A stretch of 64,000 nt of DNA from Planctomycetota bacterium (GCA_021800165.1 JAJYZF010000016.1:1223-65222); one strand, 5' to 3'. Numbered from the stretch's first letter, positions 38,558 through 49,356 are shown. The notes: generated by a model not told the origin, from the sequence alone. Numbers and translations are program-made.

Positions 38558-40216
38558 TCAATTCCCATTCTCCCGCCCCCCTGCGGCCCGAGCGTGCTCT
38601 TTCGCCCAAGTCTCCAACTCTGCCGGCTTGGCGGCATAAGCGCCGGTGGTCAACACCATCACCGTCGCGGGATCACCGGCAAATGCATCCCACCAATAAC
38701 GCGAGCCTTGCCCCCACAGTGGCCTCAACACTCCCCCACGAAACATCTTCGCCCGCGGCGTCACCCGTTTCAAAACCTGGCAGCGTGGCGGCCGCTGAAA
38801 CGTAAAATGAGGCCTATCGTCGTTGCCATGCGGCAACCCCCAATTCAACGCCACCCCGGTGATCCATGCCGAATAATCTCTGGATACCTCCGGCATGATC
38901 CGTATCCCCCTCCGCCGCCATTGCTCCAACAGCGTCAGGTATCCTTCCGGCGTAAAGCTCGGATACGCCATCCCACCGGTATCCCAGAATGCCATACTCA
39001 CACCATTCTCCGCCAGATTATCTCGCATCTTAAGCAGGTAGGATTGAGCCAAGGTGGCTTGAGACGCCATCGGCACCACCAGCGCCGGCAAGAACCTCTG
39101 ATCCAGCTTCCAAGCCGCGGCGCTTTGGTCAACACGCGGCGAAAAACGCGGATCAATCAGCACGCCCAAGGGGATGCCAACTCTACTGGCTGCCTTTAAT
39201 TGTTTGAACCAGGCGAGCCTTTCCGGAAACGGTTCATAAAAGCCCTTTCCATCAGGCGGCGCCCATTGAATATATCCCCGTGCCCCCAGCGATTTGGCCT
39301 GGGCCACCTGCTTCACCAGATCCGGAAACGGCCAGCCGGTGCAGGCCCATGGGCTTTCGGTTTTCAGCGCGGATGATTCCACCATGCCGTATCGCTTCAT
39401 AGTGGGCGCTAGCCGCAGCTCGCGATATTCGTCTAGCGCAATATCCGGCATTCCCCGTGCATACGATCGCACATAAAAATCCAGCGTGGTCTGGCGTCCC
39501 TTGCTTAAATTCAGATAGCTATGCACCCGCGGCCGACACACGTTTCCATCTATATGCCAGGAACAACCCGACTGCCGCAGTCGGTCATCAAAAAAATCAA
39601 CACTCACACCCGCCCCGCTCCGCGCATCATAAAACACCACCAGAGCCGAATAGCGGTAATAATCTTCCCCGTCATCGCCGTGGCCTGCCCGCCACGCATA
39701 CCCCCTCCCACCGCAACAGGAATCGAGCACTCGGGTATCCGCCGGTGCCCGTGCGGTGAATTCCGGCAAATCAAAAGAGATCGTGCGAATATTAAACCGA
39801 AAGCCGTTGCCCACACGCAACCGCACATGCACGGGCTGATCACCCCGGCCAGCCTGGTGAATCTCTACCCAGACGCGCACACTGCCGTGGCCGCCAATCC
39901 ATAGTTGCTCCAGCACAGAGTGTTTTTCACCGCTGGATTGGCACATAAAATCCGATACCCCAAACAGATCGCGGACCAGATGGCCCGCCTGGTTTAGATG
40001 GTCGGCCATCGCGTTGTGCGCCTGCAAAGCGGCGACGGTAAAGCCGCGTTGCCGGTCCGCCGCCGATACCAGCCGGAAACCTGTTCCAGACGCCTCCGCT
40101 CGTGCCGGGCCATACCCGCCGACCGCCGCGATACCGGCAAAGCCAGTGGCCACCAGAAATTTCCGCCGCGCTATCCGCCGCCCTTCTGCGTCTCTGAGGT
40201 TATGGTTATTTGTCAT
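38558..40216 (-). CDS. Tat-exported protein, uncharacterised paralog family member 1 (putative GH-A-like TIM-barrel glycoside hydrolase)
   Basis: Tat motif RRKFLVATGFAGIAAVGG. Family blocks: CCGGRGYAW, YYRYSALVVFYD, GYIQWAPPDGKGFYEPFPERLAWF, GIPLGVLIDPRFSPRVDQSAAAWKLDQRFLP, YLLKMRDNLAENGVSMAFWDTGG, GIRIMPEVSRD and PRCQVLKRVTPRAKMFRGG. Confidence 0.85.
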   Translation of the reverse strand: MTNNHNLRDAEGRRIARRKFLVATGFAGIAAVGGYGPARAEASGTGFRLVSAADRQRGFTVAALQAHNAMADHLNQAGHLVRDLFGVSDFMCQSSGEKHSVLEQLWIGGHGSVRVWVEIHQAGRGDQPVHVRLRVGNGFRFNIRTISFDLPEFTARAPADTRVLDSCCGGRGYAWRAGHGDDGEDYYRYSALVVFYDARSGAGVSVDFFDDRLRQSGCSWHIDGNVCRPRVHSYLNLSKGRQTTLDFYVRSYARGMPDIALDEYRELRLAPTMKRYGMVESSALKTESPWACTGWPFPDLVKQVAQAKSLGARGYIQWAPPDGKGFYEPFPERLAWFKQLKAASRVGIPLGVLIDPRFSPRVDQSAAAWKLDQRFLPALVVPMASQATLAQSYLLKMRDNLAENGVSMAFWDTGGMAYPSFTPEGYLTLLEQWRRRGIRIMPEVSRDYSAWITGVALNWGLPHGNDDRPHFTFQRPPRCQVLKRVTPRAKMFRGGVLRPLWGQGSRYWWDAFAGDPATVMVLTTGAYAAKPAELETWAKEHARAAGGRENGN

Positions 40217-40294
40217 CCTGTTGATCCCGCAAAAAGACTCTCTTCCGGGATCAGCAGCCGTCCAGCCCGCCAACCAGAACGCCCACTGCCCGCC

Positions 40295-42016
40295 TTAGCT
40301 GCGATGATGTTTCGCCCATACATCAAACACCGACGCTCTAATCAGCGGTATGCCAAAGCCGCCGCCTCCCACCACATCCCACCAATACGTATTGCCCTGA
40401 TGCGTGGTATTCGGGATATCGCCGCTGATAAACAACTTGGCTTTGGGCGTCACCCGCCGCCACACCTGGTACCGCGGTGGATGAGCCAACGAAAACAGCG
40501 GGCCGCCATAAACCGCTTCCTTGGCTTTCAACAAAGCGCCACGCAATTCAAACACGTTCAGGATGCCGGCATAGGTAGTCCCTGTGATAAACGCCGCATG
40601 ATCGCGCACCGCCTCCTGCAAAATGGTGATGCCCCCCCTTTTCCACTGGTACAGCAAGTTAAGGTATTGCTCCACTGTGGCATGCTTGTACGGCAAACCA
40701 CCCGTATCCCAAAACGCCATGCTCACGCCGTTGGCCACCAGGTTGTCCCGCATTTTAAGCAGGTAAGCCTCCGCCGACGCAGCGCCATAGGCCATTGGAG
40801 CGACATGATTCGGCAAATAGCGACGGTCCAGCGCCCAATGCTTGGCCCTTTGATCCAGTCGCGGTGATTCATTCGGGTCGATCAGCACCCCCAGCGGTAT
40901 GCCAAGCTTGCTGGCTTTTTTTACCCCCGCAAACCACTCAAACCGCTCCGGAAAAGGTTCGTAATCCCCCTCACCGTCCGGGGCCGCCCACTGAATATAG
41001 CCATGCGAACCGAGCGCCTTGGCCCGGGCCACCGCCTTGACAATGTTGCCATCCAGCGGCCAGCCGCTGGAGGTCCACGGCCCGGTTGTTTCCAAGCGGC
41101 CTTCCGGAATACCGTAACGCGCCATCAGCGGCATCAGCCTTTGCGTGCGATAAGCATCCAGGGCCATATCCGGCAATCCTTGAGCATATTTCTTCATGCG
41201 AAAGCCAAAATCCGCGGCGCAGCCTTTATCCAAAACAAAGCAGTTGCAGTCCAACCAGGGCCGACATTCTTTTCCACTTACATTCCAATGCAGTTCAAAA
41301 TTGCGCAGTCGGTCGTCAAAATACTCCACGCACACACCCGCCGTGCTCCGTTGGTCATAGTAAACCACCAGCGAAGACGATCGGAAATATCCCAAGCCAT
41401 CGTTACAAACCCCGTCGCCCCAGTTCCAATCCCGCTCGCGTCCGCCGCCAAACGCATCCAGCACCCGCGTCTGCTCCGGAGCCGGCGCCGTAATCGTGGG
41501 CATCCGAAACGTGATGCTCTTGAGATCAAACGCCCACCCATTTTCCACCCGGGAATGAAAAACCAATTCTTGGCCGGGAGCCTGATGAATATCCGTGTAC
41601 ACACGCACATGACCGGTGGTATCGGCCCACACCTGCTCAACAACATTCCCCTGCGCACGGCTGGATTTACATACAAATTTCAGACCAAAGGTATCTTGAA
41701 TTAAATGGCCGGAGGAATCCACATAAGCCGCCGGCTCCGGTCCCGGTTTGGCCGGCCCCCGTCCGATGCGATCCTTCAAGGGGTTCACCGCCACCGCCCC
41801 AAGAACCGCGAATCCATCCTTCTTATCCGCCGGCGAAGCCAGGCCAAACTCATAACCAAGGTGTAGCCCCTGTTCAGGAACCACCGCGTGCGGAACCGGT
41901 TGGCCATTCCACAGCGGCTGCGCCCGCAAAGTGCCCGCCCCCGCCGCACCAGCCGCAGCCAGCGCCGCCGACACCAAAAATTCACGCCGCGACATCGAAC
42001 TCATTTTACACCCCAT
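40295..42016 (-). CDS. Tat-exported protein, paralog family member 2
   Basis: SRREFLVSAALAAAGAAGAG. Same conserved blocks: GYIQWAAPDGEGDYEPFPERFEWF, LLKMRDNLVANGVSMAFWDTGGLPY and GITILQEAVRD. The start is ambiguous between 42016, 42004 and 41995. Confidence 0.85.
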   Translation of the reverse strand: MGCKMSSMSRREFLVSAALAAAGAAGAGTLRAQPLWNGQPVPHAVVPEQGLHLGYEFGLASPADKKDGFAVLGAVAVNPLKDRIGRGPAKPGPEPAAYVDSSGHLIQDTFGLKFVCKSSRAQGNVVEQVWADTTGHVRVYTDIHQAPGQELVFHSRVENGWAFDLKSITFRMPTITAPAPEQTRVLDAFGGGRERDWNWGDGVCNDGLGYFRSSSLVVYYDQRSTAGVCVEYFDDRLRNFELHWNVSGKECRPWLDCNCFVLDKGCAADFGFRMKKYAQGLPDMALDAYRTQRLMPLMARYGIPEGRLETTGPWTSSGWPLDGNIVKAVARAKALGSHGYIQWAAPDGEGDYEPFPERFEWFAGVKKASKLGIPLGVLIDPNESPRLDQRAKHWALDRRYLPNHVAPMAYGAASAEAYLLKMRDNLVANGVSMAFWDTGGLPYKHATVEQYLNLLYQWKRGGITILQEAVRDHAAFITGTTYAGILNVFELRGALLKAKEAVYGGPLFSLAHPPRYQVWRRVTPKAKLFISGDIPNTTHQGNTYWWDVVGGGGFGIPLIRASVFDVWAKHHRS

Positions 42017-42062
42017 ATTTCAGCACATTCCAGCAACCATCGTCGCCCACCCGCCGCACCGC

Positions 42063-43724
42063 CTAACCATCCCTATGCTCCTTAGCCCAGCTTACCAGTT
42101 GTGCCGGCTGCGGGACGTACACTCCTGCACTCAAAAGCAATATTGTTGTGGGATCGCCATTGAAGGCGTTCCACCAATGAGGATTACCTGCCAGCGTAGG
42201 CGGGTTGATACCGCCTCGGAACATTTTCACATTTGGCGTAACCCGCTTCAAAATCTGGCATCGTGGGGGGGTGGCAAAAGTAAAAAGTGGGCCACCATAG
42301 ACTCGTGTGGAACTCGGAAGTCCCCAATTGAATGCGACGCCCGTTATCCAACTGCTGTGATCGCGGGAAGCCTCCGGCATAATGCTGATACCGGCTTGTT
42401 TCCATTGCCGCAACAAGGTCAAAAACTGTTCCGGAGTCCAGCCCTTATTGGGCAATCCTCCGGTATCCCAGTACGCCACCGTCACACCATTGGCGGCCAA
42501 GTTGTCGCGCATCTTCAGCAGATAGGCCTGCGAAGCGGCGGTACACGCCAGCGGGGTCATGCCCATTGGCACGTATTTCTGGTCCAGTTTCCAAGCCGCG
42601 GCGCTCTGCCCGATCATCGGCGAAAAATTCGGATCAATCAACACGCCCAACGGTACGCCCAGTTCACTGGCCTTTTTTACTCCCGAAAACCAGCCGATCC
42701 TCTCCGGAAATGGCTCATATTGTGGAATGCTCGGCGGGGCCCACTGAATATACCCTTTGGCCCCCAAAGATTTGCAATATTCCACCATTTTCGGCAAATT
42801 ACCGCCATTGGGCCAACCACTTTGCGCCCACGGACTGGTAGCCTTAAACGCTGGCGACTCCGGCATGTCATAGCGTTTCATAAATGGTGCCAAACTGTAA
42901 GTACGGTAGTCGTCTAAGCCAATTTCCGGCATCCCATGGCTATAAGCGCGCATGCCAAAATCAAAAGTCGCCCTGCGCCCCTTTTGCAGCGAAAAATAAC
43001 TGCAATCCAGCCGCGGCTGGCATTGCCCCCCATGCGTGTCCCAATGCAGTTCGAAGTTCCTCAGCAAATCGTCAAAATATTCGACTGCCACCCCCGCCGT
43101 GCTGCGCCGATCATAAAATGCCGCTACGGACGAATACCGGTAGTACCCTAGGCCATCATTGGCCCTTCCGTTCGCCCACCTCCGCTCCCGACCGCCGCAA
43201 CATCCGTCCAGGACGGCGGAATGTTGCGGATCAGGACACAGCACCATCGGTAACTGAAACGTAAGCCCTCTGATGTTGAAGGCCCAGCCATTGTAAACTT
43301 CCACACGAAACCGCAGCGCGTCGCCTTTTTGATCAATCCGCGCATGAATATGCACGTGCCCGTCGGTGTCCTGCCATACCTGTTCCCATGTGCCGCCCTG
43401 GCCGCGTCTGGCCTTGCACACAAATTTGATATTAAAACTCTCTTCCACCAGGTGGCCACCGGTACCCATCGCCGCTGGCATGGGTACGCCCAGCCGCTTG
43501 CCATGCTTGGCCTTAGCCCCAATATGATCACCCATCGGGTTGTGGACCGAGGCCCCCTTCACCGCAAAGCCCAGAAGCCTGTCCATGGGAGAAACCACTC
43601 GCCATCCCCTTCCAGCACCCACCGCCACGGCAGTATCCGTCGGCGAAGCCGCCGCCACATACGGCCCGGCCGCCACCGTCGCCGCAACCGCGCCGGCCAC
43701 CACAAGAAAATCCCGGCGGCTCAT
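42063..43724 (-). CDS. Tat-exported protein, paralog family member 3
   Basis: MSRRDFLVVAGAVAATVAAG. Same blocks: GYIQWAPPSIPQYEPFPERIGWF, LLKMRDNLAANGVTVAYWDTGGLPNKGW and GISIMPEASRD. Confidence 0.85.
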   Translation of the reverse strand: MSRRDFLVVAGAVAATVAAGPYVAAASPTDTAVAVGAGRGWRVVSPMDRLLGFAVKGASVHNPMGDHIGAKAKHGKRLGVPMPAAMGTGGHLVEESFNIKFVCKARRGQGGTWEQVWQDTDGHVHIHARIDQKGDALRFRVEVYNGWAFNIRGLTFQLPMVLCPDPQHSAVLDGCCGGRERRWANGRANDGLGYYRYSSVAAFYDRRSTAGVAVEYFDDLLRNFELHWDTHGGQCQPRLDCSYFSLQKGRRATFDFGMRAYSHGMPEIGLDDYRTYSLAPFMKRYDMPESPAFKATSPWAQSGWPNGGNLPKMVEYCKSLGAKGYIQWAPPSIPQYEPFPERIGWFSGVKKASELGVPLGVLIDPNFSPMIGQSAAAWKLDQKYVPMGMTPLACTAASQAYLLKMRDNLAANGVTVAYWDTGGLPNKGWTPEQFLTLLRQWKQAGISIMPEASRDHSSWITGVAFNWGLPSSTRVYGGPLFTFATPPRCQILKRVTPNVKMFRGGINPPTLAGNPHWWNAFNGDPTTILLLSAGVYVPQPAQLVSWAKEHRDG

Positions 43725-43830
43725 CGCGTCCTCCGATACGTACGACCGTCGGCGCGTTACTGCCATTATCAACTCCTGCAATTAAAATCACCCACCCCTC
43801 CGCAGCGCGTCGGTGGTGGATTAACACAAA

Positions 43831-44859
43831 TTACGTCCCGCTGTGAAACGAAAACTTTTTGATATTCTCCGTTGCCTGGCACGCCGTGGTCCCACCGGTG
43901 ATACCCACCCAGCCGGTTTTGGATCCCAGCAGCTTGGTGATGCTTTCCGGCAGTTTCACCTTATAGCTGTAGACGCCGGTACCATTGGCCTTAAGCCCAC
44001 CGTGTGCCTGCACCGCCTTGAACGTTAAACGGTTTTTACCATCGTAGGAAATAGTAATCTTCACCGGGGCATTAAATGCGCTGAAATTCACCGTACCTGT
44101 GGAATGCAGACCTGACAAACCGGATGGATAATAATCAGGCCGTTTCACCCCCCCCTTCGGACTCTGATAAGAACAGGCCAACCCCACGTTGTTGTACTGC
44201 CATTTTTTCCCCGTGTAGTAGCAGTCCGTGCGAATGCCGATCCCCACACTGGCGGCCGGCATGGTTTGTTGCGGCCATTTTCCCATCAATATCCCGCGCC
44301 CGTTCCAAGCCGGACTGATCAAATGAGTTCCCGCCGGGTTATTCTCAAGCACAACAAAAAAGCCCGATCCCGGAGCCCCGGCCACACCCTTGGCCAGCGC
44401 CGTGGGACCGTGATAATTTTTAGACGGCATGTCCCAGATGAACTCCATGGTCCAAGGCTTGCCCACCACCTGCTTGGCGTCAAACCACACCGCCGCACTC
44501 GCACCCTGGTCCGCCCAGTGCGTCAGGTTGATCAGGGGACTGCGACTATATCTAAAGGCCGGTGGGGCCTCGCCACCTTTGTAGGAAGCAACAGTCGGCG
44601 GCAAGAACGTATTGTATTTGTTGGCCGCTCCCTCTATATAATTTATCGTAACCGTGCCATTATCATACGAATAGAGTTTTTTACTGGGTGTGGATGGCGG
44701 AGACTTTGTAAAATCCGCGGGCGTCGCCGATCTACCGAACCCCGCTAAATCCGCCTGAGCAGCGGAAGTGGGCATGCAGATCGCCGCCCCGACCAGACAT
44801 GTTCCCACCAACACCACATGTTGCCATCTCTCGGTATGTCGCACCCGTGCCCTTGACAT
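43831..44859 (-). CDS. Secreted L-type-lectin/concanavalin-like domain protein (no PEP-CTERM)
   Basis: Signal peptide, then ADLAGFG...YSYDNGTVTINY...WFDAKQVVGKPWTMEFIW...GFFVVLENN...ASVGIGI...GTVNFSAFNAPVKITISYDG..LTF...WVGITGGT. This is a legume-lectin-like block order. AAGGA RBS. Confidence 0.7.
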   Translation of the reverse strand: MSRARVRHTERWQHVVLVGTCLVGAAICMPTSAAQADLAGFGRSATPADFTKSPPSTPSKKLYSYDNGTVTINYIEGAANKYNTFLPPTVASYKGGEAPPAFRYSRSPLINLTHWADQGASAAVWFDAKQVVGKPWTMEFIWDMPSKNYHGPTALAKGVAGAPGSGFFVVLENNPAGTHLISPAWNGRGILMGKWPQQTMPAASVGIGIRTDCYYTGKKWQYNNVGLACSYQSPKGGVKRPDYYPSGLSGLHSTGTVNFSAFNAPVKITISYDGKNRLTFKAVQAHGGLKANGTGVYSYKVKLPESITKLLGSKTGWVGITGGTTACQATENIKKFSFHSGT

Positions 44860-44978
44860 AATTTTCCTTTCCGAGTCTTCGCTATACGCGCCATCCACGA
44901 CCGCCAGTCGCGCCGCAGGTATTTCAGAATATAGCAGGAGATCAACCTGGTTTCAAATCACAGCATATCCGCCCGGCT

Positions 44979-46067
44979 TCACCGCAGCCGTCGCCCAGGC
45001 CATGCAATCAAGCCCAGCCCACCAAAGGCCAGCAGGCTAACCGTGCCCGGCTCGGGCAATGTGCTACCACCGGTTACCAAAGTAAAGTTACTGATGCTCT
45101 CATTGGCCTGATTCCCCGAGTTCCCACCGGTAATGCCCACCCATCCACCCGGCCCCCCAAGCAAGTCAGCCAGCGTGGTGGGCAACGCCAAGCTGTATTC
45201 GAAGGCGTCGGCCCCCGCGTTTTGCGTCGCCAAAAACGTGAGCGTTCGGTTGCCGTCATACGAAATAGTCACATGCACTGGCGTACTGAAGGCATCAAAA
45301 TTGACTGTCCCGGTGGATCCAGGCCCAGCCCCATCCGGATTTTCCACAATCTGATTCACGCTGCCACCTGCGCTCTGATACGCTACTGTCAGCCCATAAT
45401 CACTTGCCGGCACCACCTCTCCCGTGCTGGAATTATAATTGCCCGTATTGTTCACGCCGATACCCACGCTCGCCGCCGGTGCCTGGCCCGTGTAGCCGTC
45501 AATAAATCCCCGGCTGCCGCCATCCCAACCACCCGTAGTCAAACCCGAAACGGTAGGAAACAGTTGCGTGCCGGCGCTGTTGTTCTGCACCACAAAAAAG
45601 AAACCCAAGCCCGGATATTTATCATTGCCCAAGCCCGACGATTGCATATTCCAATCAAAATTGGCCGTCCATGGCCCCCCCACCGCCTGCTTGGCGTCAA
45701 ACCAGGCCGCAGCGCTATCACCCATCGTACCCGCATACGTGAGATTAAATAATTCCGCCCCGGTATTCCCCCCGTTATCCGGCACCGTTGGCGGCACAAA
45801 TGTGTTGTAGCTGTTGACGGTGGATTCCTGATACACCGCGGTAAAAGTCCCGTTGTCATAGGAATAAACATTATTGTTCGGGGCCGTCGGGGCCGGATTG
45901 GCGTAATCCGCCGGCACCGTGCTCACGCCAAAGCCGGAAAGATCCGCCCGCGCGGATCGCCACCCCCCGGCCAGCATCAGCAATCCGGCCATCACACCAG
46001 CCGCACTGGAAAGCACCGGCTTGACTGTAGCGCGGCCCTTTAAGCCCATTACCAATTGTTTTCTCAT
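44979..46067 (-). CDS. L-type-lectin-like domain protein with PEP-CTERM sorting signal
   Basis: Same lectin-like blocks as 43831..44859, plus a C-terminal LPEPGTVSLLAFGGLGLIAWPGRRLR. AAGGAGAG RBS. Confidence 0.75.
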   Translation of the reverse strand: MRKQLVMGLKGRATVKPVLSSAAGVMAGLLMLAGGWRSARADLSGFGVSTVPADYANPAPTAPNNNVYSYDNGTFTAVYQESTVNSYNTFVPPTVPDNGGNTGAELFNLTYAGTMGDSAAAWFDAKQAVGGPWTANFDWNMQSSGLGNDKYPGLGFFFVVQNNSAGTQLFPTVSGLTTGGWDGGSRGFIDGYTGQAPAASVGIGVNNTGNYNSSTGEVVPASDYGLTVAYQSAGGSVNQIVENPDGAGPGSTGTVNFDAFSTPVHVTISYDGNRTLTFLATQNAGADAFEYSLALPTTLADLLGGPGGWVGITGGNSGNQANESISNFTLVTGGSTLPEPGTVSLLAFGGLGLIAWPGRRLR

Positions 46068-46099
46068 AACGCTCTCCTTAAATGATCAAGCCCCAACCA

Positions 46100-47005
46100 T
46101 CACGCCACCCGACGCCGCGGCATCAGAAACAGCCCCAACCCAACACCCAATATCCACACCGATCCCGGTTCCGGCACGGCCGCAATGGCGGCCTGCGCAT
46201 CGGTCAAGTTCATCAGCGCCTGAATCTGCGGCAGGTAATACGGCACCAGCACAGCTCCCGATTCATAACCATTGATGAAGCTGTTGGTACCAACCAATGC
46301 CAGCGCGCCATCGACTACGGCAAATTCCGGTCCACCCGAATCGCCCGGCTGCAAATATGCTTCCTCAAGCCCGCCGGGCAGCGGATCAAAACCATCCGAA
46401 TACAGCGACTCCGAAATTTCCGTCCCGTTTTGCACTCCCAACGGCTGCATTGCGGTAGCGGCAATATGGTTGTAACCCAGCCGGTTCGGCACGCCGTATA
46501 CATAAATACCAAGTCCGTCATAATTACCACTGGCGCTATAGGCGATAGGGTAATACGCAATATCCGCCGAAGCCGGTATCGGCGCAGTTAATTCACCCAG
46601 CCACAAATCGGTATAGTTGCCGGCCGCATCGATAATCGGCGTGCCGCTGGCCACGATGCCCGTGTAGCTTGGCCCGTTGGCGTTGTTGGTGCTATAAAAG
46701 GTTAAAGCCGTTCCCGGCCCCGGATACGCGTGCGAAGCGCTGACAAAATACTGCGGTGATATCATCGTGCCCCAAACGCCCGTCCCCGCGGCTCCACTGG
46801 AATTGCCCACCCCCGAAAAATTATAGCCCTCCCCTAAAAAGCTCGTACTGTTATTAAACCGGTCGTTAACGCTCGGCGAATACCCCTGCACCTGCATGTC
46901 CGCCCCGCACCGCCCCGCACCCACCAGTAGCATCACGCCGACCGCCGCCAGCAAAACACCCCGCGCCACTGCAAACCTCCGTATGCCGCCATCAATCCTC
47001 TCCAT
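46100..47005 (-). CDS. Trypsin-like (S1 family) serine peptidase with PEP-CTERM sorting signal
   Basis: Catalytic-triad contexts VSASHAY (His), DLWLGEL (Asp) and QPGDSGGPEF (Ser), then a C-terminal AVPEPGSVWILGVGLGLFLMPRRRVA. The start is placed at the ATG at 47005. The longer track ORF begins in an AT-rich TATATATAT tract. Confidence 0.7.
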   Translation of the reverse strand: MERIDGGIRRFAVARGVLLAAVGVMLLVGAGRCGADMQVQGYSPSVNDRFNNSTSFLGEGYNFSGVGNSSGAAGTGVWGTMISPQYFVSASHAYPGPGTALTFYSTNNANGPSYTGIVASGTPIIDAAGNYTDLWLGELTAPIPASADIAYYPIAYSASGNYDGLGIYVYGVPNRLGYNHIAATAMQPLGVQNGTEISESLYSDGFDPLPGGLEEAYLQPGDSGGPEFAVVDGALALVGTNSFINGYESGAVLVPYYLPQIQALMNLTDAQAAIAAVPEPGSVWILGVGLGLFLMPRRRVA

Positions 47006-47090
47006 AAAATAATTTAAGATATATATATTACAATATGTTTTTTCGGTCTCCATACTGTACTCCTCACATCCATTGCCAATCACCAGACCA

Positions 47091-48026
47091 TTACGGCAAC
47101 GTCGGCACCGTTGTCGGCGTCACCCAGCCCTGGCACCAGTTCTGCTTCCACAAATCCGCCAGCTTGACCGAAGCCGCATGCCCGTCCAGGTACGAAACAT
47201 TAATCGAACCACCATGACGGTTGATATCCAGCCGCCACATCTGCGGGTACGGTACATAGCTTGATACGCCGTAATCGCCGTTCAGGTTCGCCGGAGGCGG
47301 TGCGCTAGGCCCCCAGTAAGACGACCCCGGCTCATACCATGGCGAAGCATCCAGGTAAATACAATCAAAAAATACCGGTATTGTCGCGCTGCTCACGCTG
47401 GCGCTGCTTAGATTCGCCGGCCATGGATCATTAGCCCCCAGACACACTTCCCAGCCTGACGGCGGCGCCGGATTGTACAACCAGGCGTTAAAGCCGTAAC
47501 TGCCCACATATTTCGCCGGGAATGGATAACCCCAGCCATCCGTCCAACTTTGCGTGGAAGTACCCCAACCCAAAGACGTCCAGTTAAAAGGTTCGCTGGT
47601 GGTGGTGGATGGACACACCAGCACCGGCGCACTCTGAAAATTCACATTGTTCCAAGTCGTTTGATTCGGTTGTACGGCACTGTAGTAATTTTGCAGATAC
47701 GCCGGCCAATAATAGTCCGCCCAGGTGCCAATGGACGGATCTGTCGCCGCGGTCGGCAGCGGCTGCCACGAAATGGTCTGGCCGTCGTAATCGCTTTGGT
47801 ATTCCTGAAAAGCCGTGCCCAGTTGGCGCTCGTTAGACAGGCATACCACCGAATCCGCATCTTGCCGCGCTGCCGCCAGCGCCGGCAGCAGCAGGGCTAT
47901 CAAAATGGCGATAATGGAAATCACCACCAAAAGTTCAACCAGCGTAAAACCACGATCCCAGCGTGCCGAGGACCGCCAGAGGAGAGAATGACGCTCGGCG
48001 GAAGAATCAAATGAGCCTATTTCCAT
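47091..48026 (-). CDS. Prepilin-type N-terminal cleavage/methylation domain protein, DUF1559 (H-X9-DG) family, copy 1
   Basis: [30 protein letters not shown] after a 26-aa leader. The C-terminal half has [17 protein letters not shown] (H-X9-DG). Confidence 0.8.
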   Translation of the reverse strand: MEIGSFDSSAERHSLLWRSSARWDRGFTLVELLVVISIIAILIALLLPALAAARQDADSVVCLSNERQLGTAFQEYQSDYDGQTISWQPLPTAATDPSIGTWADYYWPAYLQNYYSAVQPNQTTWNNVNFQSAPVLVCPSTTTSEPFNWTSLGWGTSTQSWTDGWGYPFPAKYVGSYGFNAWLYNPAPPSGWEVCLGANDPWPANLSSASVSSATIPVFFDCIYLDASPWYEPGSSYWGPSAPPPANLNGDYGVSSYVPYPQMWRLDINRHGGSINVSYLDGHAASVKLADLWKQNWCQGWVTPTTVPTLP

Positions 48027-48165
48027 GTTCGTGCTCCACCAAAGCCAACATGCCGACATGCCCACCGCGCCCCTTCTTGCGCTCGTTGCCCCGATGCTCA
48101 CCCGGCCGCCGTCAAGCCAAGCTCCCCGCCGACGCGATAACGGCGGCGGGAAGCTACATATTGGC

Positions 48166-49029
48166 CTACGCCGTTCGCCGCCGCTTCAACATTAGCAGCC
48201 CCAAACCACCGAGACCAAGCAATCTCAAATTCGCCGTTTCCGGGACCGGGGTAATTTGCAAACCGGATACGGTTGCCTCGCTCCCGTATTCGGTGCTCGA
48301 TCCGGTTCCCGAATAAATGTAAGCAAGCGAAATATTGCCGTTCGCATCCGGAGCCAGAGTGAATTTGTAATAATCATTACCCGAAACCCACGCGGAGGTG
48401 TTGGCGTCGGTGTACGTGTTGACGGTGCCTGTTAGTACGGTGGCACCGGTGACGGTATAGGTGGTGTCATCCTGCCCATTTTCAACGTAGAGATTATATT
48501 CCAGCGACGGATCCAGTCCACCAATAGTCGCAAAGACTACGTTTCCTCTGAAAGGGCTGACAGTTGTCCCGTACGTCCCCATGTTACCGTTGAGCAGGTT
48601 AAAATTCACGGTCGTGGACGGACTTAAGTACGGTACGTCGTTGGCCCCATTGCTGCCAATGTATGTCCCGCTACCGCCCCCGGTTCCGGCTACGGTAAGC
48701 GTTGCACCGCTCGCACCGCCCGTTACGTTGTCAACGCCAACCCCCGTTGAGCCAGTCGTCACATTAACCGCCACAGTGTTGGTGGTACTGCCTTCCGTTA
48801 CGGTGTTCCAATAGTCTGTAGCTAAACCGATCACTCCTGCGCCACTCGCTTGGCCGCTGACAGTCGACTGGTTAGTGCCATAAAACTGCACGTCGACCAA
48901 CCCACTGGTAAACGCTGCATTGGCCGCATGGCCACCCATAGCCATCGCCGCCGCCCCGATGGCCGCCGCCCCCAGGGCCCACACCATCCCGTTGCTCTTG
49001 ACCCGTTCGGTCCCGTTGTTGGTAAGCAT
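48166..49029 (-). CDS. Thr/Gly/Asn-rich PEP-CTERM protein (variant VPET...RRR tail)
   Basis: N-terminus [33 protein letters not shown], shared with 58359..59249. C-terminus [40 protein letters not shown]. Confidence 0.8.
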   Translation of the reverse strand: MLTNNGTERVKSNGMVWALGAAAIGAAAMAMGGHAANAAFTSGLVDVQFYGTNQSTVSGQASGAGVIGLATDYWNTVTEGSTTNTVAVNVTTGSTGVGVDNVTGGASGATLTVAGTGGGSGTYIGSNGANDVPYLSPSTTVNFNLLNGNMGTYGTTVSPFRGNVVFATIGGLDPSLEYNLYVENGQDDTTYTVTGATVLTGTVNTYTDANTSAWVSGNDYYKFTLAPDANGNISLAYIYSGTGSSTEYGSEATVSGLQITPVPETANLRLLGLGGLGLLMLKRRRTA

Positions 49030-49135
49030 AACACTCTCCTTATAAAAAATGCGCTTACTATCTCACCGCGATTCGCTTACCGCGATACACCGCCCGGCAA
49101 ACCGCCTCGCCTAAAACGCCATTAAACCGTGCATT

Positions 49136-49164
49136 ACTATAACACACGCCCAAGCCCGTGTCAA
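49136..49164 (-). promoter_or_regulatory. Sigma70-type promoter (TTGACA, 17-bp spacer, TATAGT) for the PEP-CTERM gene, followed by a ~100-nt conserved leader
   Basis: Minus-strand sense cTTGACAcgggcttgggcgtgtgtTATAGTaatg. The -35 lies at 49159..49164 and the -10 at 49136..49141. Conserved copies occur at 59356..59384 and 61739..61767. Confidence 0.6.
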
Positions 49165-49356
49165 GTTGCACACCCAAACCAGAGTATACCATACGAAGCC
49201 CAGCCATTGCAACCCAATTCTAACTTAAAAATTCTCGGCCCCAATTCGCACCACCGCGCCTTGACTGCCCAACATCCACCCCAACACAATATACCAACTC
49301 AACCTCGTTTCCCGTTCCCACCCGTCCTGCCATCGCCCCCCGCCGCACCGCCTAAC

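Noticed and set aside
37814-39199. 461-aa plus-strand ORF
   Set aside because: It is antisense to the SSS transporter and paralog 1. It has a His/Arg/Pro-rich, low-complexity translation typical of GC-rich antisense frames.
39998-43862. Plus-strand ORFs 39998..40867, 41003..41704, 41931..42917 and 43329..43862
   Set aside because: They are antisense shadows of paralogs 1-3, with no RBS and Arg/Pro/His-rich composition.
47005-47083. N-terminal extension METEKTYCNIYILNYF of ORF 46100..47083
   Set aside because: It derives from an AT-rich TATATATAT tract. The protein only becomes signal-peptide-like from the ATG at 47005.
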